Assembly (NCBI GenBank): GCA_043228905.1
Contig: JBHGNT010000119.1
Coordinates: forward strand, 1 to 64,000
DNA from: Azolla caroliniana
Taxonomy: Eukaryota; Plantae; Polypodiophyta
Direction of reading: 5' to 3'
DNA: 64,000 nt
Position 1 is the first letter of the stretch, and the number at the start of each line of letters is the position of its first letter. The translations under genes were made by a program, and so were the position numbers. The notes under the pieces were generated by a model, which had not been told where the DNA came from, searched no databases, and saw only the letters and a list, made by a program, of their open reading frames with translations. Shown one piece after another: positions 25,329-37,679 of this stretch.

Positions 25329-28300
25329 TGTCGTGGAGAAAACCGTCCCTAGGCGGAAACCGGGTATAACGTGCGTAAACCGACCCTTACACGTGGGCAC
25401 AAGTTTTATTGTATAGTACGTAGGTAGGTACAAGTCGCTTGAGGCGAAATCCTAGGTAGTATGCGTTCGGTAGGGAGGAAATCGAGGCGTATCCCTATCC
25501 GAAAGGATAGGGAATAAACATGATGTAACGAGTGGTAACGGCCTCCCTCCTTGGGTTATAAAAGAGAGGGAGAAGTGAGGGAAATACATCGCGTTTTTGG
25601 GAGCGAGGAGGAAGTTCTATCGGACCGGGACTGAGCTCTCACCTCCATCGTTCGACTTTCTCTGCAGGATTTCGGACTGTGTTGCCTCTGCTTCGTGGAC
25701 AGCCCGTGCGCTTTCGGCAGAGGCTCAACTATACAGTCGGGTTGTGTGTGCGTGCGTGAGCATCGTGTGTATGTGTGTGTGTCCGCCTGGGTTGAGTCCG
25801 TCGTCGGCTTGCCGGTTGTAATCGTTGTCGATTGTAATTAAGACTTTGTTCTCTCTCTCTCTTTCCTCCTCTGTGTTTCTGCAAGCTGCTCTCTCTTTCT
25901 CCCCTCTTTCTCACGCCCCTTGGTTCATGTCCCCCGCAGTCCCGCCTCTTTCCGAACGCGAAGAGTGTAACAACTCGACATATTTGGTGAACGCGAATAG
26001 GTGGCAAAGGAGTGAAGGATGAGGGGATCCGAGCTTGCTGAAGCTATGGCCGTAGCCGTCGACCGGCTAGTGAGCGCTCGCGAGGGAATGGGTGCCCTCG
26101 ATAGGGCCATTGAGTCGATCGTCGGCACCATAGGTCGATTCGGGGGGAAGAATACCACAAGCTACTTGGAGGCCTACCAGCCTGAAATGATCATGAGGGA
26201 TATCTTGGGGGACAGGCAGCTGTCCAGATTCCCTCGGGTAGTGACGCTGAGCATCCACGCAGAGGTGCTCGGGGTGTTGGCCGGATGCCGGACCTGGGAG
26301 GAGTTTGAGTTGCGGCTCCTTGAGATGTATGGGTTCGATGACTTGCTTCAGCTATCGAAGCGAGACTTCATGGCATGGGTTGAGAGCCCTGGGAAGGGGA
26401 GGAACACGTCGGCGCTCCTCCAAGAGTTCGAGAAACGGTTCGCACGGTTGTCAACGCTGGACCGGACCGTGCTTGACACAAGCCGGGTACTGCTATTCGT
26501 CAAGTCGGTGGACGCCATGGACCGGGAGAAGGTGGGTTTCCTGTTGGAAATGGATGAAGGGCTCATGACAGACTGGGCCATGGTAAGGAGGGTGTGCGGT
26601 CGTTTCGACAAGCGGCACAAGTGGAACAACGAGGGCTCGTCGGTGGCAAGACCGGTCCCGGCGAGGGAGCTCGAGGAGCCGGTGTCAGTACTGGATAGGA
26701 AGGAAGAAACTCGGAGTTGGCTTGAGGTGGGCTCAGCTCCGAGCGGAGTGGTCAAAGGTCCCTCCAGAGGCGCGGCTCTAGAAGAGCTGTCGCAGATGGT
26801 GCAAGATCTCCAAATTGCACAGGCCCGGAGGGACAACGGCGAACAGTCTCGTGACTGAAGGCCGCCGGTGGGGCAACGGTGCATGTGGTGCGATGTGGTC
26901 GGCCACATACAGAAAGAATGCGTGGATTTCGTAGAGGCACTCATGACCAACGTAGTTTACCTCTAGAACGGGCGGGTGCACGCGAGCGAGACCCGGAAAG
27001 CTCTAGAGTTGAATTCGGGACACGACGGAATGAAGCGGTTGATGGAAGAGGCCGCGGCACGACATGCAGAGGCCGTTAACTACTCGGCATTGGCGGGAAT
27101 CCAGGTCGGGGGTGATGAGGCCTGGAAAACGAAGGACTCCAGATTCTGGCTGCTGGTGCTAGAGAGTCTCCCCGGAGTACTGTTGAAGAAGGAAGAGGTA
27201 GACCGCGCGGAACAGTGGATCCGGGAGGTCACTAGATGGGACGACCCGGTGGAAGAGAAGACTGGCTTCGTGGCAGCCGCATGCCAGAACTACGAGGTTC
27301 TGGTAGAAGACAAGCGCGTGGGAAAGGCCGGAGGGGCAGGCCCCTTGCAGCGGTACGAGATCCAGTTCGGACGGAAGCCGAATGAGGCTGCCAACCCCAG
27401 CGCACCGGAGAAGAAGAAGTAGGCCGGTTTCCGGTTGAGCACCGAAATAGAACGAACAACGGACCTGCGGAAGGTCCTGGAAGAGAGAATTCTCGACAAC
27501 AAGGTCGAGCTGTCGTTACGGGAGGTGCTGGGAATCGCCAAGAAGGAGTTCCACGACTCCATCGTGGACTTGGTGAAGCGGAAGAGGCTCTTGACGGAAC
27601 CGGAACCGGAGAGGCTGGTGGAAGTGCGGATGACGCACTTAGAAGACACAGCCCTAGAGGATAAGTTGGCGGAAAACCACTACACGAAGCCGCATTGGGC
27701 TAGGGCCACTACGGAAACCCCTGTTCGGATCGGCAACGTCCAAGAGAGAATTCTCGACAGCAAGGTCGAGCTATCGTTACGGGAGGTGTTGGGAATCGCC
27801 AAGAAGGAGTTCCACAACTCCATCGTGGACTTGGTGAAGCGGAAGAGGCTCTTGACGGAACCGGAACTGGAGAGGCCGGTGGAAGTGCGGACGACACACT
27901 TAGAAGACACAACCCTAGAGGATAAGTTGGCAGAAAGCCACTACACGAAGCCGCATTGGGCTAGGGCCACTACGGAAACCCCTGTTCGGATCGGCAACGT
28001 CCAGGAGCCGGTGGTGGCATTGGTAGACCACGGTTCGGAGATCAACCTGATCTCCATGGACTTCTATAAAAGGGGGAAATGGCCGATCAACACCAAGCAC
28101 GGGTGGAAGATACTCGCGGCGATGTGCGCTACAGAGGAGCTGCATGGTGCGTGCCGGAACGTACGCGTGAAGATCGGCGACGTCGAGATAGATCAACATT
28201 TCTTCGTGCAGGAGACTTCCTCGCACCTGGTAAATCTCGGCAAACCGTACATTATGGCAGCGCGCATGGGGACGAAAGTACTGGACAACGGTTCGGTGTA

Positions 28301-31300
28301 TGTGCGCGTCAAGAGCCAAGACGGTCGGCATTCCGTCCAATTCATGACAGTGCGACCCAACCACGAGCGAAACCGCGGGACCCTCGACGGCGATAGCCGA
28401 GGGTATTTTTAGAGAGGGCTATCAAGGCTGGGGCCGCGATAGTCCGGACACCCTGGAAAAACCCCCACAGATGTACTATAGGCAAAAACACTTGTACCAT
28501 AGGTAGAAAATTATGGTTCTCCAATAGCGATGGTTGTACGATAGCCGGCGTAGTTGGCCGGGAAAAGAAGTGGGCGGAGGAGCGGCTTTGGGCGTGCGGA
28601 GTCCTCGGCCCTGAAGAGGAAATCAACGGAGCCGTGGAGGGGTCTCTTTCGACGACACGTTGGGCAAGTTACAGGAGGTGTTTGGAGAAGTCCTTAATGA
28701 GGACCGGACGATTCCGGTATGTTCGGAAAAGATGTACGAAGTCATCGCCGACTTCGGTAGTGGACTCGAGTCGGATCGGACGACTCCAGTGGATACGAAG
28801 TACAAGACTGTGGACTGGAAGGTGAGGCCAGTCGCGGCACCCTTGCCGGAGGGCAGCAAGTTACGGATAAAGGGGGTCATGTCGGACCCAAGTTTACGAG
28901 ATCCAACTAGCATAGGACACACGTTCACCGACATAATGCTACGGGAGCTCAAGATCGGTGGGGGTGGTTTTCTACTACCAGCGGAAGAGGATTGGTTTCG
29001 GAGAATGCTCAGGAGGCACGGTAAGGCTTTCGCATTCTCTCCAGAGGAGATCGGGTGCGTAGACCCGAAGGTTGTGGAACCAATGGTGATCTTCATGGTA
29101 CCGCATGTGCCGTGGAGTCTCAAACCGATTCCGGTACCTAGAGCTCCCATCCCGAAGCTGATGGAGCTGCTGAAACAGAAGGTTGAGATGGGCATCCTTG
29201 AACCGTCGAGTGCCCCATATTCGAATCGGTGGTTTACCGTGCCAAAGAAGAACAGCGCATTGCGCGTCATATAGGACCTACAACCGGTGAACAAGGTGAC
29301 CATTCGAAACGCAGGTATCGGACCGACCATCGATGAGTTCACGGAGGCTTTCGCAAGGAGGTCGATCTACTTGGTCGGGGACTTGTACTCAGGCTACGAT
29401 CAGTTCCAGCTAGCCGTAGAGAGCAGGGATGTCACGACGATGCGGAATCCTCTCGGTCTAGTTCGGATGTGTACCTTGCCACAAGGAGGAACGAACTCGG
29501 TGGCACACATGGTGAATGCGATGAACAAGGTGTTGAGGGACTGCATCCAAGACATCATCATTCCGTTTCTGGACGACATCCCGATCAAAGAATGTCCGGT
29601 GGAGGACAAGGATGAGTCTATCGGGCCCGACGGTTGCCGGAGGTTCGTGACGGATCACATCCGCGACTGCGAGAAGGTGCTACAAAGACTCGAGAGCGCA
29701 CGACTCACCTTCTCCGCAGAAAAATCAGCATTCAGACAGCCGGAGATCCTGGTAGTCGGACACTTGTGCGGGCCCTATGGCCGGAAACCGTCCCCGGCAA
29801 AGGTAGAAGCCATCTCCGTGATGAATGACGATTGCGGGTCGATTACGGAGGTCTGTAGATTCTTGGGTGCGTGCGCGTTTTACCACATCTGGATTCCGCA
29901 CTACGCACATGTCGCGGAACCGCTCTACGGGCTATTGAAGAAAGGGCGTAGGTTCGAGTGGAGGATGGAGCACACGGAGTCGGTCCGGAGGCTGAAGGAG
30001 GCGCTTGCTGCGGCACTAGCTCTCCGGAAAGTGGTTTATGGCAAGGAAGTCCCCATCTACGTGACGGTGGACACAAGCCCGACCAGGATCGGGTGGGTGA
30101 TCAGTGAGGAGGACAAGGACAGCGTATGGTTCCCGATCCAGTTCAGGGCGAAGGTATTGAGCAAGTGGCAGCGAGGATACGCCCAAGTTAAGCGCGAGCT
30201 GTGGGGTATCGTTTCAACAGTCAAGGCCGACAAGGACTATCTGATCAGGACGGAAGTGATCATCGAGACAGACTTCCCAGTGATTTTAGGTATGGTCTCC
30301 GGATGCGCGACTCCGGACTTGGCAGTGCTCAAGAGGATTACGTACATCAAGTCCTTGAACCCGGAGATACGGCACATCTCTGGGAAGATAATGCCATGGA
30401 CGATATGCTTTCAAGGGCTCGGTTCAACGACAAGGAGGGCATGATTTCGGATAACGAGGAAGTCGGCGAGTATTTCTTTGGGTCAGCCAATGTAACAACA
30501 AGAAAGGGGAGCCCTCCGGCACTTAATGAATTCGACAAGAGCAAGTACGATGGGGAGTGGCTCCAAATCGGAGGGTTCCTGAAGACAATGACACCGGACG
30601 CGGCATGGACGAAGGAAGAGACCAACCGGATTCGGAAGAAAGCATACCGTTTCTTTCTACAGGACGGGAGCATATGGAAGTACCCAAAGAAGAGAGACGA
30701 CATCCCGCTCCGAGTGGTGGCGAAGAAAGAGGAACATTTAGAATTGCTGACGGCGTATCACGAGAGTCCCTGGGCCGGACACGCGGGACATGGGCCACAT
30801 TCGAGAAGCTAAAGGGGAAGTATTGGTGGCCGGGACTATACCAGGACGTGCATCGGTTCATGACGACTTGCGAAAGCTGTCAGGTGCACTCCATAGTCTA
30901 ACATCGGGACGAGCTCCACCCGACCTACCCTCCGACTGTCCACTTCAAGTTGATGGTGGATCTGGTGACGATGCCGATGGGGGTAGGGCAGATGCGGTAT
31001 CTGGTGCTGGCTCGGGAGGACCTTACGAACTAGGTGGAAGGTCGAGCGTTGCAGAGCAAAATGATCGCGGTCGTGTGCCGATTTTTGATCGAAGAAGTGG
31101 TATGCCGGTACGGGTGCGTAGGTAAGATCGTGGCCGACCGCGGGGAATTGGACGCGCAATAGGTGGAGGAGCAGTTTGATTGGCTAGGAATTAAACTCTC
31201 GCTCACCACGGCGTACAATCCGGAGGCTAACGGGAAGGTGGAGCGCAGAAACGGGCCGATCGTCAAAGCGTTGGTACGGGCGTGTGGAGGCCATGTTGGG

Positions 31301-31995
31301 AACTGGCCGCAGCTCTTACCCTATGCGTTGTGGGCGGACCGAACTATGCACAGTTCGGTAACCGGGTTCATGCTGGCAGAGCTAATGTACGGACAAAAGC
31401 CGATCATGCCAACGGAGCAGACAATCTCCTCGTGGGCCACCGTGGACTGGAAAGACGAGATGATTCGAGAGGAGCTGTTAGCGGCACGGATTTGGCAGTT
31501 GGAGCGAAGACCGGAGGACGTGGACCGAGCCGCGGAGAAGTTATGGGTGGTGAGGGTAAAGAACAAAAGACGGTTCGACCGGACTCACCAACTGAGACCG
31601 AAGAAGATCGAGAAAGGCGACTGGGTTCTAGTGTATGACAGCAACCTCAACAACCAGCACCGGGCAACGCGAAAGTTTGCAAGAAGGTGGTTCGGGTCTT
31701 ATGTGGTGACGAGCGCCAACGACAATGGGACCTACCATCTCGCAGAGCTCGACGGGACAAGGATGGCGGTACCGGTGGCGGGGAAAAGGATCAAAGCCTT
31801 CAAAAAGTGGCACGAGGCTGAACCGGACCCGGGCGACCTGGATAGCGACAACGACCGGCTCGGAACGGATGCCGATCCGGAAGACGAAGGATAAGCGTGG
31901 GCCGGTCTTCTCCGGCAGGAGTCTAATTTTGGCACATACCGGTGGATGCGCGGTTAGGTGGCGGCGGATGTCGTGGAGAAAACCATCCCTAGACA
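25329..31995 (+). mobile_element. tRNA-Trp-primed 'ACGT-family' Ty3/gypsy, copy 2. 5' LTR 25329-25980, gag-PR 26019-28412, pol ~28409-31894 (degenerate), 3' LTR stump from 31969
   Basis: tgtcg..cgaca LTR preceded by acgt; degenerate PBS tggtgaac; CMWCDVVGHIQKEC; VDHGSEINL; DLYSGYDQF, LPQGGTNS, FLDDIPIK; YNPEANGKVER. Confidence 0.93.
27481..28002 (+). repeat. 261-bp (87-aa) in-frame tandem duplication in gag upstream of the protease
   Basis: aagagagaattctcgac at 27481 and 27742; ERILD..PVRIGNVQ occurs twice; single copy in the 57.5-59.4 kb element. Confidence 0.95.
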
Positions 31996-33506
31996 GACGT
32001 CTAGATCAGACTCTTATTTGTTCGTTCGGCAAGGTCGACATGGACCAGTTTGTTTTTTATTTTATGTTGATAATTTAGTCATCGCTGGTGCGGATCTGGA
32101 AGAAATTAGTCACGTATGCGGCATCGTTCGAAATGAAGGATCTTGGCGACCTTCATTACATCCTCGGGATTGAAGTGATCTGCACCCCCCGAAGGCATAT
32201 CGATCAGCTAGCATCACTACGCATTGTATATGCTCTTTATGTTTAGGAGGGGAAATTGTAAGCCGATCTCGACCCCTCTGGATAGAAACGTAAAGCGTCA
32301 CCGAGATTTGGGAAAGGCATGCGACCTGACACGCTTCCGATAGATTGTCGAAAGCCTAATCTACTTGACGATTACTCAACCTAATCTCAATTACCCGGTC
32401 GGCTTGATTAGTCAATTTATGTTGCAGGCCACGGCTGAACACTTTCAGTGTGTGCAAAGAATAATGTGATATGTCAGCGGCACTAAGGACATGGCGTAGC
32501 CGAACAGTTAGTTGGCTACACGAATGTCGATTGGGCCGGAAATGCCAACAATCGTAGATCCACATCCGTATACGCATTCTAAATGGGAAGTGTGGCGATC
32601 ATGTGGAGCAGTAAGAAGCAACAAATAGTGGCACTGTTGAGCACAAAGGCCGAATATCGAGGGGTGACTATCGCTATGTGCGAAGTCATTTGGTTGAGAC
32701 GGCTATTACGAGATCTGCATGTGGAGGTGTCCGATCCGACGATGATCTATTGCAACAACCTCAGCAGTATTCACCTAGCAAAAAATCCTGTATTCCACAC
32801 CCAGACGAAGCACATTGAGGTGCACTACCATTTTGTACGCGAGCATGTCCTTTATGGTGAAGTCAAAGTAGTGTATGTTCCCACGGGTCGGCAGATTGCC
32901 GACATCTTCACCAAGCCCCTTGGTCTCGACAAGTTGCGGCATTTCTCTGGTTGAGCTGGGTTTGCGTCACCTCGACATGCTGAACTTGAGGGGGAGATAG
33001 GAATAGGAGCGTGAACGTGAAAGGAGATGTAGTGACCGCAATTCTGAATTGGATGAAGATTTCGATTTCGGGTCTGCTGAAGAAGCCAAAGGAGGAAACA
33101 TGGGCCGTAATTGAAAGAAAGAGCCAAAGATAGCCGGACAAGGGGGAGATATAGCCAAGAAGGGCGTAAAGGCCAAGACCAAGACGTGTTCTGATGTTGT
33201 CAAGGGCCTGAAGACCGAAGACGAATTGGAGACAACCAATTCGGACGTTAGCGGAAATGAGTCGGTAGTGACCGATTCAATCGAAATGTTCGATTCGGAG
33301 CAGGGCTTGTATAAAAGGTGCTCACTGAGCACGAAGTACAAAGAGAACATATAGAGATTTATTTTTTGAATATAGTTTCGTTTCTGCTCTCTCTCTCTCC
33401 GTCTCCTTCTCTGTGATTTCTGCGTTTTTACCGAACTGTCATACTTATGAACTGTGTACTCTGTGTCTTACGGATATGCTTTTATTCTTTTACATATTCT
33501 TTTACA

Positions 33507-34062
33507 AACAAGTATTGGTGGATTTGCACATCATGCCAGAGGGACCAAGGGCTTATCCACTAATACTAGGAAGACCATGGTTGATGGGTATGAAACTGAG
33601 ACAAGATTGGCATCGTGGGGAATTAGAATTGTTCATCGATAAGCCTCATGGTCAGAGAGTGAAGTGTGATATGAAGACATGACAATTACTTTATTTCCCA
33701 GATGGTAGACTAGAAGAAGATGGGTAACATGAAGTTGAAGAATTTTCATATGAAGAATCCTTTTCTTCAAGTGAAGAGGATGAGGTTGACGATGAGTATG
33801 AGGAATTACACATAGGAGTGGACCTATGTGGTATTGGGTTAGAACCCACCAAAAGTCAGCCGAATGTGCCCAAGGAGGAACTCGTGGTATTGTTATCCCC
33901 TAATTTGATTGAAGAAGAGAGAAACCAATATTCCATGTTGTTTGATAAGTATCCTAAGTTGTTTGCTATGGAGTATACTCAGATGAGGGGAACACATTCT
34001 GTGTTACATGAGATAAAGTTGCATAACAATGCAATGCCAATTCCTCAAAAACTCAGAAGGTT
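33507..34062 (+). pseudogene. Fragment of another (Athila-like) gypsy protease/linker region
   Basis: YPLILGRPWL, LFDKYPKLFA, HEIKL..AMPIPQKLRRL; similar to the corresponding region of the 51390-57155 ORF. Confidence 0.7.
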
Positions 34063-37000
34063 AATGGTAATCTTTACGGTGCCGCACGTGTCGTGGAGTT
34101 TCAAGCCAATTCAGGTACCATGAGCTCACATTCTGATGTTGATGGAGGTTCTTAAGCAGAAAGTGGAGTTAGGCATCCTCGAACCATCGAGTGCCCCTTA
34201 CTCCAACCGATGGTTTACAGTACCAAAGGAGAATGGCACGTTACGCTTCATTCAGGACTTGCAGCCGGTCAATAAGGTGACCATTCACAATATAGGAGTT
34301 GAACCATCAATCGACAAGTTCACGAAAGCCTTCGCCGATAGGTCCATATACTTGGTCAGAGATATATACTTGGGGTATGATCAATTCTAGCTAGCCGTCA
34401 AAAGCAGGGACATCACGACGATGTGAAACCCTCTCGGCTTAGTTCGGATGTGTACCCTACCGCAAGGAGGGACCAACTCGGTGGCACACCTGGTGAATGC
34501 AATGAACAAAATACTGAGGGACTGCATCCCAGACATCACCATGCCATTCCTGGATGATATTCCTATAAAGGGGTGTCCGGAGGACATGAAGAACAAGTCA
34601 ACATGAGCAAACAGATGCCGAAGGTTTGTCATGGACCACATCTCCGACTGTGAGGTCGGCTTTCGGACAACTAGAGATCTTAGTGGTCGGCCACTTATGC
34701 GGGGCCATATGGTCGAAGGCCGTCCCCGGCAAAGGTAGAGGCCATCTCGGTAATGAAAGAGGAGTGCAGATCCATCACGGAGGTCCGGTGTTTCTTGGGA
34801 GCATGCGCCTTCTACCACATCTGGATACCGCACTACGTGCATGTCCCCGAGCCACTCTATGGCTTGTTGAAGAAAGGCAGGAATTTTGAATGGGCCGAAG
34901 AGCACATGGAGGCGGTCCAAAGACTAAAACAAATGCTTACAATTGCACCGGCTTTACAGAAAGTTGTATACAAACCAGACACTCCAGTTTACATCACAGT
35001 TGGCACCAACCCGACCGAAATCGGATGGGTCGTAAATCAGGAAGATGAAAACTGCATGTGTTTCCCCATCCGGTTCGGCGCGAAGGTATTGAGCGAGCGA
35101 CAACGAGGATACGCCCAGGTCAAGTGCTAACTATGGGGTATCATTTCAGTGGTTAAGGTCGACAAGGAATACTTAATCGAGACAGAAGTGATTGTAGAAA
35201 TGGACTGCCTACCGATTCTCGATATGGTTTCCGGATGCGCAACTCCTGATGTGGCCATGCTCAGGTGGATTGCGTACATCAAGTCCCTGAACCCAGAAAA
35301 ATGGCACATTTTTGGAAAAGACAACGCCATGGCCAATATGCCTTCCAGAGAGAGGTTCGAGAACGAGGACGACATGGTGTCGGAAGACGAAGAAGACGGC
35401 GAGAACTTCTTCAAATCAGCACGAATGAAGGTAAATAGGCAAAGCACTCCGCCCTTGAACGAGTTCGACGAGGACGATTACGATAGGGAGTGGCTTCTAA
35501 TCGGAAGGTTCCTAAGAACGATGACAGCGGACACATCATGGACAAGGGAGGAAGCGAATAAACTCCAGAAAAGGGTGTACAGGTTCTTCCTACGAAATGG
35601 GAAAATCTGGAGGCATCCGAAGAAGCGGAATGACACGCCACTCCGGGTGCTAGCGCGAACCAAGGATCAAGTGAAGCTGATATCAGAGTTCCACGAAAGC
35701 CCTTGGTCCGGGCATCGGGGTACATGGACCACGTTCGAGAAGCTAAAGGATAAGTACTGGTGGCCTGGAATGTATAAAGGTGTGTGCCATTGTGTGTCGA
35801 CGTGTGAGAGCTGCCATATGCACTCAGTGGTTCGACACTGCGACGAGCTGCACCCGACTTACCCGCTGGCCATACACTTCAAGTGGATGCTCGACTTGGT
35901 GACAATGCCGATGGGAGTAGACAGATGCGATACCTAGTGCTAGCAAGGGAAGATCTGACAAACCAAGTGGAGGGCCGAGCGTTGACAAACAAGACCACCG
36001 TGGCCGTGTGCAAGTTTCTGATTGAAGATGACGTCTGCCATTACGGGTGCGTAGGAAAGATTGTGGCTGATTGTGGAGAGCTGGATGCGGAGGAGGCCAA
36101 GAAACTGTTTGACCGACTAGAGGTGAAGTTCACCCTCACAACGGCGTACAACCCAGAAGCAAACGGGAAGGTCGAGCAGGGTCATGGACCGATCGTAAAA
36201 GCCATAGTGTGTTGTACGCATGCGAAGGACGAGTCGGAAACTAGCCAAGACTACTCCCTTACGCGCTATGGGCGAACAGGGCTACTCACAGTTCGGTGAC
36301 CAGGTACATGCCTACGGAGCTCATGTTTGGGCAGAAACCCATCATGCCGATGGAACGAACAATTACCTCATCAATAGCGGTCAATTGAGCCGATGAAATG
36401 AGCCAAGAAGAGTTGTTGGCGGCACGCATCCCACAACTCACGTGAAGGCCAGAAGATGTGGAATGGGCAACAACGAGGGTAAAAGAGGCACGGAGCAGAA
36501 ACAAGGCCAGGTTCGACCAGACGCATCGACTCCGACCAAAGAAGTTCGAGGAAGGAGACCGGGTGCTGGTCTACGACAACAGTCTTCACAACTAGCATCA
36601 GTCTATGCCTAAGTTCCCAAAATGGTGGTTTGGGCCGTACATGGTGCCTTGTGCGAACAACAACGCGCCATACCATCTTGTGGAGCTCAACGGGACCCGA
36701 ATGATGACATTGGTAGCAGGGAAGCGGATAAAGGCCTTCAAAAGGAGGAACAAAGCGGAACCGAACCCAACGATGGGAATCAAAAGTGATGACTCGGACC
36801 GAGAGGACTAGTAATGGCTCGCCCTAGAATCCTCCACTAAACTCGCTACCTAGCACATACCAGAGGATGTGCGGTTTGGTGGGGGTGGATGTCGTGAAGA
36901 TTCCATGCCATAGGGGGAAATGTCGCCAAATGCGTGGGAACGCGGGTGTGCACAAGTGCGCCCCCTTTTTGTACTAATTTATGTAAATCCTAGGTGTCGG

Positions 37001-37679
37001 TAAGTTTTGCGGATTACTAGGAAGTTAGGCATTGATAGAAGATTTAATATCGCGTAGGTGGGGGAGAACAAAGGTGAGATAGCGAGAGTACATCAAGAAG
37101 AGAATCTAGGAGATGATATCGAGAGGTCATTAAACCTGATGTAATGGCTGCTCCTTGTGCTATAAAAGGGGCGGCCTCAGATTGTTTGAGGGATCGATGT
37201 TTTTGAGGAGGGGAAGACACTGCCAAACAGGAAGAGGTAGGCCGCTCTCTCTATCTTTCTCTCTCAGTCTCTTCCAAACCTCTACGACCAAACCCTAGAA
37301 GGAACCCTCGACTCATGTCAGATGCCCGTGCACTCTCGGCCAAAGGTCCCCTTTTTCGTGTGTTTGCTCTAGAGCTCGAATCTCTATTCCCGGCTCTGAC
37401 CGGTTGTATTCCCTGAGCTTCGCGCGAGCCTCCTAACTACTATTTATAATCTATTCCGTTGCTTTACATTGTTTTTCTACTGTGTCGTTCTCGTGTTGCT
37501 ATTCTTTCGTACTACATTGAGTTCGAAACCTACGACCACCTCCTTCCTACTCCTCTTTTTCTGTTTACGGTATTTGTGTGTATGTGATGCGCGGGCCTCT
37601 TCCTCCTTTCTCGATTCCTTGGTTCAAGACCCCTGTGGTCCTGCCCCATTTCTACGCATCCGCGCGGAATACCGCAACA
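34063..37679 (+). mobile_element. ACGT-family gypsy, copy 3: degenerate RT-RH-IN and 3' LTR 36890-37679; 5' part missing
   Basis: Colinear with the pol of copies 1 and 2; LTR tgtcgtgaaga..caaca followed by acgt (37680-37683). Confidence 0.9.

Larger units (their letters stand above)
16496..33506 (+). mobile_element. Copia family A, copy 3 (degenerate host element). 5' LTR remnant to 16534, PBS(Met-i) 16535-16546, gag/PR/IN 16637-18158 and 23866-24700, RT 25067-25328 and ~31998-32950, extension, partial 3' LTR ~33301-33506
   Basis: tggtattagacc (2 mismatches to tggtatcagagc); WYVNSGASNHM, LWHKRFNH, DLIHLDVWG, KARLVAKGY, IADIFTKPLG; split by insertions at 18159-23860 and 25329-~31995. Confidence 0.9.

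Noticed and set aside
7693-33506. Single giant element bounded by related LTR ends
   Set aside because: The ends are in opposite orientation, belong to different copies and share no TSD
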